Shown: piece by piece, positions 28,969 to 38,275 of the stretch | How positions within the stretch are numbered: the first letter of the stretch is position 1 | How the letters are laid out: each line of letters starts with the position of its first letter | Assembly: GCA_046290465.1 (NCBI GenBank) | Contig: JBKAGP010000001.1 | Location: 960,001-1,024,000, forward strand | Origin: Planctomycetota bacterium | GTDB lineage: Bacteria; Planctomycetota; UBA1135; UBA2386 | Length of the DNA: 64,000 bases | Direction: 5' to 3' | The notes under the pieces: model-generated | What the model was told of the DNA's origin: nothing | What the model saw: only the letters and a program-made list of their open reading frames with translations | Databases searched by the model: none | Made by a program: the position numbers and the translations under genes

Positions 28969-31745
28969 TGCAGCACCTCGACTTCGTGATGCGGGGCGGA
29001 CACCAGCAGTTCGCTGCCGGTCAGCGGGTCGACCGAGTCGCCGCGAGTGCGCGTCGATTCGAACCGCACGAATACGATCGACGCAATCGGCAGCTCTGCG
29101 CCCAACAAGAACCGCCACACCGACGCAGCTGTCAGACGCTGGTCGAATCTCGTATGGCCCGCGCCCCGTCCGGGATGCACGAAACGCTGCAGTGCTGCCT
29201 CGATCTGCTGCGCGACAACGGCGACCGTCTGTCCGGGTGTTGCCCGAACCCGCACATGCACCACGACCGGTACGAACGTGGGTTCGACGAGGATGGCACG
29301 AGCGGTTACGGCCGAGTGTTCCTGCAGGTACTGCTCCACCTTTTGCACCAGCGCGCTGGTGGCCACCGGCAACCGCTTCGGGCTGTCGGGGACGATCATG
29401 ACCCGCATGGTACCCGGCGTGGCCGGCGCGGCGCTCGCAGGCAGGCAGCGCACGAGTGCCAGTTCGCGAAACTCCCCGTGCAACAGCCGCTCGACGTCGT
29501 GGCAACTGACCCCGCGCAGCCGGTGGTGCCCGAGGTGCCCGACTCTCGCCATGTATTCCTCGTCGCCTTCGGCCGCGCGCCCGACTGCCGCCTGCAGCAC
29601 GGTATTCACCTTGATGCCCGCAACGGGCCGAACGAGCTTGGCTTGCCCCTCGACGGGAAACCTGGTCGCGGTCGAGTCGACGTCGCTACCGAGTGTCGCC
29701 ACCGTCGCGTGCAACGACGCACGACGCAGCAGCACTTCGGGCTGTTCGTTTGTAAACGTGAGGCGCCACCACAGCATCGGCCTGGTCGGGCAACCTGGCA
29801 GCGTGATCTGCTGAGGCTGCCAGTCGTTCGAACAGCGCAGGCGCACCACACCTGCCTGGCGAAGGCCGTGGGTACCGTCCTCGAGCGCCGTCTCCACCCA
29901 CGCTCCGTCGATCAGCAATTCCGCTCGCACGCGCTGCTGCGGGTGGGTTGACACCGAGACGGCATCGACGTCGAGCAGGATGGAGAGCGAGGCTTCGGCC
30001 AGAGCCGGCCCGTCCAACCCCACCAGGATCGCCCCGCGGACGGCAGGGCGCGACACCGCGAACGGCGCGAACCGACCGTCGAGTCGCTCGATCTGCCGCA
30101 GGCGTGACAAGCCCACCGCTGCATGCACGGTCAGGTTCTCGCGGGCGGGCCTGGCTTCGTGCGTGCGAAACGACAGGCGCGCATTCTGGATACGAGGCGG
30201 ACTGGGTGGCGGTGGCAGACCCGATTTGGACGATGGCGCGTCGTGTGGCCCGCGATGCAGCAGCTTACGGATGCGCTGCCACATCTTCGCCACGATCCCC
30301 GGACGGGCGACCGCCGACGCCATCAACGCGTCGGCATAGGCACGCAACTCGGCCAAGTGCTTGGAGCTACCGAAGTCCCCATTGCGCAGACGAGCACGAA
30401 TCCAGTGGCCGGCGATTCCGACCGCCTTGGAGCTCCCGCTAATGGCGTTGCCCGTATCGTCACTGCGAAACCACAAGACCTCACAGAGACTGTCCGTACA
30501 GCCCTGATGGCCCGCAAGCTGGCCGCCGACCCCCGCCAGGGGTACCCACGCCCCTCCGCGCAGGGCCTCCCACAACAGACACGGGACCCCGGGCGCACGA
30601 ATCTCCTGACCCTCGTAGATCGGTTCGACGGGAACCCGGCCATCCGGCAAGCCCTGCCAATCGAGTTCACAGATGGAGAGCGGTGCTGCCAGCGCCTGCG
30701 AGCCAACGTGGAACAGCACGCCTGGCGCCGGGTTCTTGCCGAACGGCTCGACACCGACCAGGGGCGAAGCGAGCTTCCCGCTCGCGATCATCTGCAACGA
30801 ACGCAGATCCTGCCCGGCAACCTCGACGCGGACATCGCCGAACGCCAGGTCCAGCGAGGCATCGCCGCGCAGGCGGTCGGGCAAGGACCACCGCAACGCC
30901 GGCTCGCTGCCGCGCTCCAGCATGCCGGCAGCACCCTGCTCCAACGCGGCGCGTGCTCCGGAAGTCGGCATCTCGACCGTCGCCACGACCTCGGACGCGC
31001 TCGACACACGCACATCGGGGAGCACCGTTGCAAAGCCAAGGCCCGAAGAGATGCTCCATTCCAGTGCCGCGATCCGAGCCGCGAACGTCTCCGCTTCGGG
31101 CCAGGTGCGTGTGAACCGCACCGTCACGACCGCGCCCGGAACAGCCGCGCAGAGCACCGGCGTCCCGAAGTACACCCGCGCATCGAGCCGGGTTCGAGGC
31201 CCGTCGCTGCGGGGAAACGGATCGAAGGCCGCACCGATCGCGCCGTCGACGACCGGACAGGACCGCAGTTCCTGGATGCCGTCGTCGGCCATCATCCAGC
31301 CGGCAACCGCACCGAGCCTTGCCGGCAAGACCGTGACGGCGTGGTCCAGCGTGTAGCTACGGCGCTTGCCGTCCGGCTCCAGAGCGGCGATCTCGGTACC
31401 GGCCGCGATCTCGACCGGGAGCTGCGGGGAACTGCCCTCGAACGCCACGAAGACCTGATCGGGAGCCATCTGTGCGCGCTCGGGATCGAGTCGCCGCGCG
31501 CACGCCAGTCGGTAGCGGTGAGGCAGCTCGTCGAACTGGCCGACCAGCTTCTCCAGTACATGGGCAACGGCTGCCAGCAAGGCTCCCGACGGCTCCTTGC
31601 GGTCGACGAGCTCGTAACCGTGTTCGCCCTTCCTGAACAAGTGCGAACGCCACGCGTCGTGCCGGGAGGCGGCTGCGGATCTGCCGAATGCATCGACGAT
31701 CTGAGCCTCGCGTCGGCGATCCGGCCGGTACGGTTGCCGTTCCAC
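28965..31745 (-). CDS. Baseplate J/gp47-like protein (Afp11-like)
   Basis: PDQVFVAF, PFGKNPAPG, DGTHGLRQAGVV, GRAAEGDEEYMARV...HRLRGVSCHDVERL, VMIVPD motifs. Confidence 0.8.
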   Translation of the reverse strand: MERQPYRPDRRREAQIVDAFGRSAAASRHDAWRSHLFRKGEHGYELVDRKEPSGALLAAVAHVLEKLVGQFDELPHRYRLACARRLDPERAQMAPDQVFVAFEGSSPQLPVEIAAGTEIAALEPDGKRRSYTLDHAVTVLPARLGAVAGWMMADDGIQELRSCPVVDGAIGAAFDPFPRSDGPRTRLDARVYFGTPVLCAAVPGAVVTVRFTRTWPEAETFAARIAALEWSISSGLGFATVLPDVRVSSASEVVATVEMPTSGARAALEQGAAGMLERGSEPALRWSLPDRLRGDASLDLAFGDVRVEVAGQDLRSLQMIASGKLASPLVGVEPFGKNPAPGVLFHVGSQALAAPLSICELDWQGLPDGRVPVEPIYEGQEIRAPGVPCLLWEALRGGAWVPLAGVGGQLAGHQGCTDSLCEVLWFRSDDTGNAISGSSKAVGIAGHWIRARLRNGDFGSSKHLAELRAYADALMASAVARPGIVAKMWQRIRKLLHRGPHDAPSSKSGLPPPPSPPRIQNARLSFRTHEARPARENLTVHAAVGLSRLRQIERLDGRFAPFAVSRPAVRGAILVGLDGPALAEASLSILLDVDAVSVSTHPQQRVRAELLIDGAWVETALEDGTHGLRQAGVVRLRCSNDWQPQQITLPGCPTRPMLWWRLTFTNEQPEVLLRRASLHATVATLGSDVDSTATRFPVEGQAKLVRPVAGIKVNTVLQAAVGRAAEGDEEYMARVGHLGHHRLRGVSCHDVERLLHGEFRELALVRCLPASAAPATPGTMRVMIVPDSPKRLPVATSALVQKVEQYLQEHSAVTARAILVEPTFVPVVVHVRVRATPGQTVAVVAQQIEAALQRFVHPGRGAGHTRFDQRLTAASVWRFLLGAELPIASIVFVRFESTRTRGDSVDPLTGSELLVSAPHHEVEVLQ

Positions 31746-32389
31746 TACCGCCCCTCGGGATGCGCCACGTAGAACGGGTAGATCAGACTGTGGCGCATGC
31801 GATGGCCATCGAGCGCATAGCGGATCTCGATGTCGATCCGGTTGTCCACGCTGTCACTCGGCACGGCCCGGACCTCCAGATCCCGGATCCGGCGCTCCCA
31901 CATCGTCAGTGCGTGGTGCACCTCCTCCTCGACACGATGGACCAGTTCAGGAGTCCGGGGAAGGAACACGTATTCGTGCAGGTCACAGCCGAAGCGCGGC
32001 TGCATGACCCGCTCGCCCCGAACCGTCGACAGGATGATGTCGATCGACTGGTTGACGTCGGCAACGCCACTTGCGAGCTTGACTGACGAGAAGGCCTCGG
32101 TCGAATCCCCCTGCCTCAGGATGACCTGCAGGGATTCCCTCGCCTGCTCGCGCATTCGGTGTTCGTACGCCACATCGGGTTCGAGGATCCGTTCCTGCGG
32201 AGTACGTTGCGGCTCACGACCCACCGCCTCGAGCGCTGCGCGGTCCGCCTCGATCTGCTTCGTGTCCTGGATCGACCACCGAACGGGAAACTGCCAGCCC
32301 GTGCCGAGGTGCGCACGATCGTCGAGCAGCAAGCCGGTGGGCTGCTCCGGCCTGCTGACGGGACCCGCGTGCCGGGACGAGATCGTCAT
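31745..32389 (-). CDS. GPW/gp25 family baseplate protein (Afp9-like) with about 60-aa insertion
   Basis: LGTGWQFP...QSIDIILSTVRGERVMQPRFGC...WERRI...LIYPFY. Confidence 0.9.
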   Translation of the reverse strand: MTISSRHAGPVSRPEQPTGLLLDDRAHLGTGWQFPVRWSIQDTKQIEADRAALEAVGREPQRTPQERILEPDVAYEHRMREQARESLQVILRQGDSTEAFSSVKLASGVADVNQSIDIILSTVRGERVMQPRFGCDLHEYVFLPRTPELVHRVEEEVHHALTMWERRIRDLEVRAVPSDSVDNRIDIEIRYALDGHRMRHSLIYPFYVAHPEGR

Positions 32390-32422
32390 CGTTAGTCTTG
32401 CTCCCTTAGTTAGGCGTGGTCA

Positions 32423-34213
32423 TCAGTTCAGCTTGATCATCGGTGCCGACGCCGACAACTCGCCTTCGCCACTGATCGAGACCATCCCCCCGCTCATCGA
32501 GAGTTCCGACTCTCCCTGCACGGTCACCGATCCCGCACTCAGCTTGGCCTCGGACTCTCCCTGCACCGTGACCGACTGCGCCGACAACTTGATGCTCCCG
32601 CTCGCTGCCTCGATGGAGATGTTGGCGCCCGCGGCAGCCGTCAGCGAGATGCCGTCGCTGCTCATCTTGACGCTGTTCCCGGTCTTGTCCTGCAGCTCGA
32701 TGCTCTCCGATCCGGAAGTGTCATCGAGCAACACCTGCTGACCGGCATTCGTCTGCACGAGCACCTGCGGGGCATCGTCCGAGTCATCCAGTACCAGCTT
32801 GTGCCCCGTCTTGCTCACCAGGGAGCGCTTGCTGTTGTTTTCGGCATCGTAGGTGTCCGGCGGCGCATCGACGCCATTCCAGAACGCACCGATGACCACC
32901 GGGAAACGCGGGTCGTCGTCGAGGAACGCTACCGCAACCTCGTCGCCGGGCTCCGGCACGTAGACGAAGCCCCGATCCGGTCCCCCCGCCGGAGTTGCCA
33001 GCCTTGCCCATACCGGCTTCGGATCCCCGGCCATCCACGGGAAGCTGATCTGCACCCGCGCCTGCTTCTTGTCCGAGTCCTCGAACGACTCGACCTTGCC
33101 GATCACCGGACCGGCCATGGGCGGCATCCGGTTGCTCGATCGGGCCCTTGCGACGAGCGGGTCCGGCGGGCGGCCAACCTCCACCATCGACCGGTACCGG
33201 CCCGGCCGGTAGACATGGCGACACCGGGTGATGTAGTAGTCGCCATCGTAGCTCGTTCCGACGCCGGTAACGCTGAGCACGTTGTCGATTCGCAAGGCGG
33301 GATTGCCCAAGCACTCGGCTACCCCGTGGTAGGCGTTGAGGCTGCGAGCATCGACGATCGCCTGCGACAGGCTGGTCACCTCGGACTGGCTCAGCGCTCC
33401 CGAGTCGGCGTGCTCGACCTGCCACGCATCCGTGAGTCCTGCATTCGACAACATCGTGCTCGTTGTCGAACGACTGCCCGTCGAGAAGCTGGCGCCCGAT
33501 GCGGACGTCTGCCCCGTAACGGCCGCCTTGGTCTCGGGATCCCACGCGCGAGCCGTCGCCTGTGCGACGGCATTGCGCAGATCCTCGCTCAAGTCCAGCG
33601 AGATGATGTCCAGGCCCCAGCGCAGCGCGGCCACGGCTTCGCTGGAGGCATTCGGTGCCTGAAAACTGAGCTTGCCCTGCCGAACGTACAACGGAAAGCC
33701 GAGGCTGCGCGAACGCTCCAGGATGTACTGCCAGTCGGACGTGCGGTATTGCGTGAGAATCGGCAGCGACTCCCCATCGGATCCCGACGCGCCAAAACCG
33801 GCCTGCTGACAGATCTCGCTGACGACCGAGTAGTCCGACTGCTCGGTCCACAACCTGGTTCGCGGGATCCCGTGCAGGCGAATCCCGTCGCACCGGCACT
33901 CGACCTCCAGAGTCGGCACGGACGTCGCCTCGAATCGCGAACGCAGGGCCACGATCAACCCGGTGAAGACCTCCTGTGTCTTGGTGCCGTAGCCCAGTTC
34001 GATCGTCACCGGCATGCCCACCGCCAGGCTGCTGCCTCCCTCTCCCTCGGCCAGTTGCGTCTCGCCCTTGTCCGGGTCCCAGTTCCGCACCACGATCGTC
34101 GCACAGCAAGTGCGCGCCAGTTCCTCGACGACCTCCACGGAGACCAGGTCCTCGACCAACCCTGGCGGGATCCGGGATCCGTCGATCCGGATGTTGCACG
34201 CTGGTTCGGCCAT
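32423..34213 (-). CDS. vgrG: VgrG-like spike protein (gp27-gp5, Afp8-like)
   Basis: IELGYG, QYRTSDWQYILERSR, WARLATPAGGPDRGFVYVPEPGDEVAVAFLDDDPRFPVVIGAFWN, beta-helix C-terminus ending MIKLN. Confidence 0.92.
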   Translation of the reverse strand: MAEPACNIRIDGSRIPPGLVEDLVSVEVVEELARTCCATIVVRNWDPDKGETQLAEGEGGSSLAVGMPVTIELGYGTKTQEVFTGLIVALRSRFEATSVPTLEVECRCDGIRLHGIPRTRLWTEQSDYSVVSEICQQAGFGASGSDGESLPILTQYRTSDWQYILERSRSLGFPLYVRQGKLSFQAPNASSEAVAALRWGLDIISLDLSEDLRNAVAQATARAWDPETKAAVTGQTSASGASFSTGSRSTTSTMLSNAGLTDAWQVEHADSGALSQSEVTSLSQAIVDARSLNAYHGVAECLGNPALRIDNVLSVTGVGTSYDGDYYITRCRHVYRPGRYRSMVEVGRPPDPLVARARSSNRMPPMAGPVIGKVESFEDSDKKQARVQISFPWMAGDPKPVWARLATPAGGPDRGFVYVPEPGDEVAVAFLDDDPRFPVVIGAFWNGVDAPPDTYDAENNSKRSLVSKTGHKLVLDDSDDAPQVLVQTNAGQQVLLDDTSGSESIELQDKTGNSVKMSSDGISLTAAAGANISIEAASGSIKLSAQSVTVQGESEAKLSAGSVTVQGESELSMSGGMVSISGEGELSASAPMIKLN

Positions 34214-34214
34214 T

Positions 34215-34889
34215 TCAGGTCCTCAAGCGGGGTAGGGACAACGTCGTGCCCGGCCGCAACCTGCGCAGGGTCGGCAGGTAGTTGTGGGCCGCCAGCCGCG
34301 CGACATATTCTACGTCGCCGTACTTCTCGTAGGCGATGCGGTCCAGTCGATCCGATCGCACGATCGGCATGGCGCGGAACACATCCGGCGAGCTTCTCTT
34401 CGCGGTAGCCTCGCGCTCGGCCTTGCTCAAGACCTGCTCGAACTGCGCCTGCACCTTCGCTCGCAACGGCAGGCCGGATCGATTGAACAGCACGAACTGC
34501 GCGGTGGCGTTGGCCAGTACCCCCTTGAAGCTCAGTTGCCCCCAACCGACCTTCACGAACGGCGGCATGTGCGAGTCCCCGTGGTACTGCATCAGCTTCA
34601 TGAACTTCTGGACCCGCGGCATGACCGATCCGGCTTCGCCCTGCACGCCGGACCCATCGAACAAGAAGCTCATGCTCAGACGGTCGTTCTCGCCGGACGC
34701 GTAGTCCGTCTGGGGCCGAATCTGGTCGGAACTCTTGAGACTCGAGTAGGAGTTGGAGCGCGTGAGCGTGTAGTCGGACGGGTTGAACTCGGCGACGAAC
34801 GTCAGGTCCGACAATTGGTCGGCCTTGGCGAACGTGTCCTTCTCGTAAGCCTGGATCTTGACGTAGTTGAGCTTCTTCTGCTTGGCCAC
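34215..34889 (-). CDS. CIS tube-initiator / LysM protein (Afp7-like)
   Basis: FNPSDYTL...FLFDG...PPFVKVGWG...LFNRSGLPLRAKV, plus LysM-like DRLDRIAYEKYGD...LRPGTTLSLP. Confidence 0.9.
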   Translation of the reverse strand: MAKQKKLNYVKIQAYEKDTFAKADQLSDLTFVAEFNPSDYTLTRSNSYSSLKSSDQIRPQTDYASGENDRLSMSFLFDGSGVQGEAGSVMPRVQKFMKLMQYHGDSHMPPFVKVGWGQLSFKGVLANATAQFVLFNRSGLPLRAKVQAQFEQVLSKAEREATAKRSSPDVFRAMPIVRSDRLDRIAYEKYGDVEYVARLAAHNYLPTLRRLRPGTTLSLPRLRT

Positions 34890-34891
34890 TG

Positions 34892-35071
34892 CTAGTCGCT
34901 CCATTCGCGTCGCAAGCGTTCGATGACCAGCGCGCAAACGCGCTCGATCAGCCGCTCCTCTTCATCCGCGGTCGGTCTCGGCGAGGCCACACGGCGGTCC
35001 TCCGGGTCACCCGGGCCGCGGTCGCGGCTGCCGGCAACCTCGGTGACGACTTCTCCGATTCGAAACGTCAC
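34892..35071 (-). CDS. Small eCIS protein (Afp6/DUF5908-like)
   Basis: VTFRIGEVV...LIERVCALVIERLRRE, 59 aa, GTGA coupling, canonical position after the second tube gene. Confidence 0.6.
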   Translation of the reverse strand: MTFRIGEVVTEVAGSRDRGPGDPEDRRVASPRPTADEEERLIERVCALVIERLRREWSD

Positions 35072-35511
35072 CCGCACACCTTGATCGCGAGTCCCTGGTG
35101 AGCCAGCTCGAGCGATTCGTAGGCCAGAGCTGCCTGCGTCGCGTTCAACGAAGGCCCGGTCCACTTCAGCGGGTAGGCGCGAGTCACGTTCCAACTGACC
35201 GCAGCCGTGCCTCCTGGCTTCACCAGCAGGCTGATCTGCACGTCCTTCGGAGTGACCTTGCCGGAGTCCGACAAGGACCCGACCCAGCTGAACAGCTCCT
35301 TGTCGGCGCTGAGGCCACGCTTCAGCACCACCGAGGAGTGGCTGACCTGGGTCGGCAATTGCCAGACGAAGCCGAGGTTCCCCCCTTCGCGGTATGCCTC
35401 GGCACCGACCTGGACATCCAGACCCTGGCACTCGCTGAACACACCCAGGCTCTTACCGGCAGCGGAGACCTCGAAGCATATTCCAACCAGCGGTATCGAC
35501 GTAGACGTCAC
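35068..35511 (-). CDS. Tail tube protein, T4 gp19-like (Afp5-like)
   Basis: FSECQGL...YREGGN...LKRG...AYPLKWTGPSLNA...YESLELAHQG. Confidence 0.92.
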   Translation of the reverse strand: MTSTSIPLVGICFEVSAAGKSLGVFSECQGLDVQVGAEAYREGGNLGFVWQLPTQVSHSSVVLKRGLSADKELFSWVGSLSDSGKVTPKDVQISLLVKPGGTAAVSWNVTRAYPLKWTGPSLNATQAALAYESLELAHQGLAIKVCG

Positions 35512-35527
35512 GACAAGGCCTCACAGG

Positions 35528-35977
35528 TCAGCTGTTCTTGACGGTCAGCCCTTCGTGGCAGAACTCGATGGACTCGATCGCTACATCGTTGCCCTTGGCG
35601 TTGAGTGACGGACCTTCGACCTTCACCGGCCAGGCGCGCACCATGGTCCAGGTGACCGTGGCCGTGCCGGCCTCGTTCAGGAGCTTGACCGTCACGGTGC
35701 GCTGCTTGTGCTTGCCCTGTTGGTTGAGCGTCCACCAGCTGAACAGGTCGTTGTCCTTCGCGAGGATGCCGCGCTTCATGGTCACGTTCGAGTACTTCAT
35801 CAGCCCCGGTAGCTTCCGGGTCGTCAGCGTCTTCTCGGCGCCGCCGCGGTACTCGATCATGTCCGTCTCGATGTTGAGGCCGTTGACCTCTGCGAACATC
35901 GCCTTACCCGAGCCGGAGCCACCGAAGTCGACTTCGAAGCGGACCTGGGTCAGCGGATAGAGGGGGGTGTCTGCCAT
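35528..35977 (-). CDS. Major tail tube protein, T4 gp19-like (Afp1-like)
   Basis: FAEVNGL...EYRGG...KLPGLMKYSNVTMKRG...AWPVKVEGPSLNAKGNDVAIESIEFCHEG. Confidence 0.95.
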   Translation of the reverse strand: MADTPLYPLTQVRFEVDFGGSGSGKAMFAEVNGLNIETDMIEYRGGAEKTLTTRKLPGLMKYSNVTMKRGILAKDNDLFSWWTLNQQGKHKQRTVTVKLLNEAGTATVTWTMVRAWPVKVEGPSLNAKGNDVAIESIEFCHEGLTVKNS

Positions 35978-36001
35978 TGCTGTACTCGTTGGGGTTTGGG
36001 G

Positions 36002-38275
36002 TTAGCTGCCGGAAGCGGCGGTCTGCACGAGCTGACTGATCGTGAACACCACGAACTCGGCAGGCCGCACCGGTGCGATCGAGATCTCCACCTTCAGCAG
36101 GCCCGCATCGACATCCTGCATCGTCATGGTCTGGGGCACCCCACACTGGACCCGGAAGGCCTCAGCTTCACTGGTGCCCATGAGTCCACCTTCCTGCCAA
36201 AACTCGCGCAGGAACGACTCGACGGTCAACGTGATCGAGGTCCACGTCTTGTGGTCGTTGGACTCGAACACGGCAGCCATCATCTGCTGCTTCAGCGTGC
36301 GCTCGACGTAGAGGAAGATTCGGCGCACGTTGACGTACTGCCACATCACCTCGCGTGACGTGGTGCGAGCCCCCCAGATCAGAATGCCATAGCCGGGGAA
36401 CGTACGGATCGGGTTCACCCCCGCCGGATTGAGCACGTCGTTCTGCTCGTCCGTGAAGGAGTATTGCAGGTCGATCGGCCCGAGCAGGGGCATGTTGGCG
36501 GGCGCCTTCCAGACGCCGTCGGCAGCGTCTGACTTGTTGTAGGCCCCGATGATCAAGCCGGACGGCGGCACCAGCTTGGTGCGGCTGTGGGCGGTTGCGT
36601 CGAGGTTCGCGGTCGTGACCCAGGGGGCGTAGATCGCCACGTAGGACGAACGGTACTTGTCCGCGAACTGCTTGAGCCGACTGGCCTCGGCGGTCATGCC
36701 GGCGGCATCGCTCCGGACCAGCTCCGGATTCATCGGTGGCGGGTCGATGACGACCATGCATCGGTGCGCCTCGGCGTAGGCTTGCGCGCTCTGATAGATG
36801 GTCTGGTAGGTGGACTCGGGCGTCGAATCGGCTCGCGGGTAGGCATCCGGGCACGCGATGATCGACACCTCGGGATAGCCCTTGAGCAGGTCGAAGAACT
36901 TGCTGTAGTCCGTCGGTGGCGGCTGCTTGTCCGATCCCTTGGCCTCGTCGGCATGATCGGCTCCCTGCGGACTGTGCAACGGGATCTCGGTGTATTCCCC
37001 GGCCTTGACCGGAGGCAGCACGTACTTCCCTTGTTCACCGAATCCGATCGGCTTCTTGATGCTGCTGTCGAACTTCGCCAGCGTGACATAGCTAGACATG
37101 CCGTTGACGATGTCGTCACGCAGGTAGTAGCGGGGATCCTCGGGGTTGGTCGACAGCCCCGAGAACTTCTCCAGCGTCTGCGCCGTCGGCGGATCTCCGG
37201 GAGCGCGGCCCGGGACGATCTGCTGCACGGTCAGGTCGAAGTGCAGGCTCATGCCGGGCGGCAGCTGCACCGGTGAGGTCAGCGTCGACGAGCAGTCCTC
37301 GGCCATTTCGAACCCCTTCAGGGGAAAGCCCTCGCCGTTGCGCTGGGTGATGAAGAAGGCCTTCGCCTCCTTCGACCAGTTCGCGCGCAACGGCATCGGG
37401 TTGCCGGTGTCGTCCTCCAGCAGGAAGGTGAGCGACGTCCGGAAGTCCCAGCCCTCGACCAGCTCCTCGACCTTCTCGCCGGGGATCTCGAGATTCGACG
37501 GATCAAGCCGGTTGTCCGGATTGAAGATCACCGGCACGATGACGGGCTTGTCCTTGTTGAGCGGATTGGGAATGACGATCTCGCCCTGCTCCTGTTCACG
37601 CGGGATCGAGCCACCCGCAAATCCGCCGTTCTTCCACGCCATCTTGACGCCGTTCAGATCGAGTTCGACGCCCGGCTGCGTATCGAGGATTCCGGCTTCC
37701 GGCACGCCCAGGTTGCCAGCCGGCTGCAGCTCATCGAGTGTGATCGCCTTGGCCGGCTTGGCGGCGTCCTTCTTGATCTTGACGTCCTTGGTCGTGTGCA
37801 ACGGCGGCAGCCCGGAATCGTCCGCCTTCTCACACAGGATCTTGATGCGGTTGCCCCAGGTTCCCGGAGAGATCGCCTTGACCAGGAACTGCACGAACGT
37901 CGGGTTGCCCTCGGTGACGGCCGGTCGCAGCTCGTCGCTGATCGCCACGTAGTCCGCGACATCCTGAATCCAGTTGACCGGCCACATGGCCGTATCCCCT
38001 TCGTTGACGCGGCATACGTAACAGACGTTGCCTCCGTTCATGAAGAAGCCGTGGACCGCGTCCGCCAGGTATTGGTTGGGGAACACGGCCGAATTGGCCT
38101 TCTTGCCGAACACGGAATAGAACTCGTTGAGGCTCGCCAGACGCGTCGGCTTGGCACTCGGGCCCTGGTCCGTGAAGCCAAAGAAGCACGGAATGCCCGT
38201 CGGCGCTCCGGTCAAGACGATCGGGACGGTGTCGTCCTCGACGACATAGACCCCGGGGGTTTGGTACGTGGTCAT
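36002..38275 (-). CDS. Contractile tail sheath protein (Afp2/3/4-like), 757 aa
   Basis: YQTPGVYVVE, YAPWV, VPPSG, GVWKAPAN, LNPAGVNPIRTFPGYGILIWGART, YVNVRR, APVRPAEFVVF. Confidence 0.96.
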   Translation of the reverse strand: MTTYQTPGVYVVEDDTVPIVLTGAPTGIPCFFGFTDQGPSAKPTRLASLNEFYSVFGKKANSAVFPNQYLADAVHGFFMNGGNVCYVCRVNEGDTAMWPVNWIQDVADYVAISDELRPAVTEGNPTFVQFLVKAISPGTWGNRIKILCEKADDSGLPPLHTTKDVKIKKDAAKPAKAITLDELQPAGNLGVPEAGILDTQPGVELDLNGVKMAWKNGGFAGGSIPREQEQGEIVIPNPLNKDKPVIVPVIFNPDNRLDPSNLEIPGEKVEELVEGWDFRTSLTFLLEDDTGNPMPLRANWSKEAKAFFITQRNGEGFPLKGFEMAEDCSSTLTSPVQLPPGMSLHFDLTVQQIVPGRAPGDPPTAQTLEKFSGLSTNPEDPRYYLRDDIVNGMSSYVTLAKFDSSIKKPIGFGEQGKYVLPPVKAGEYTEIPLHSPQGADHADEAKGSDKQPPPTDYSKFFDLLKGYPEVSIIACPDAYPRADSTPESTYQTIYQSAQAYAEAHRCMVVIDPPPMNPELVRSDAAGMTAEASRLKQFADKYRSSYVAIYAPWVTTANLDATAHSRTKLVPPSGLIIGAYNKSDAADGVWKAPANMPLLGPIDLQYSFTDEQNDVLNPAGVNPIRTFPGYGILIWGARTTSREVMWQYVNVRRIFLYVERTLKQQMMAAVFESNDHKTWTSITLTVESFLREFWQEGGLMGTSEAEAFRVQCGVPQTMTMQDVDAGLLKVEISIAPVRPAEFVVFTISQLVQTAASGS

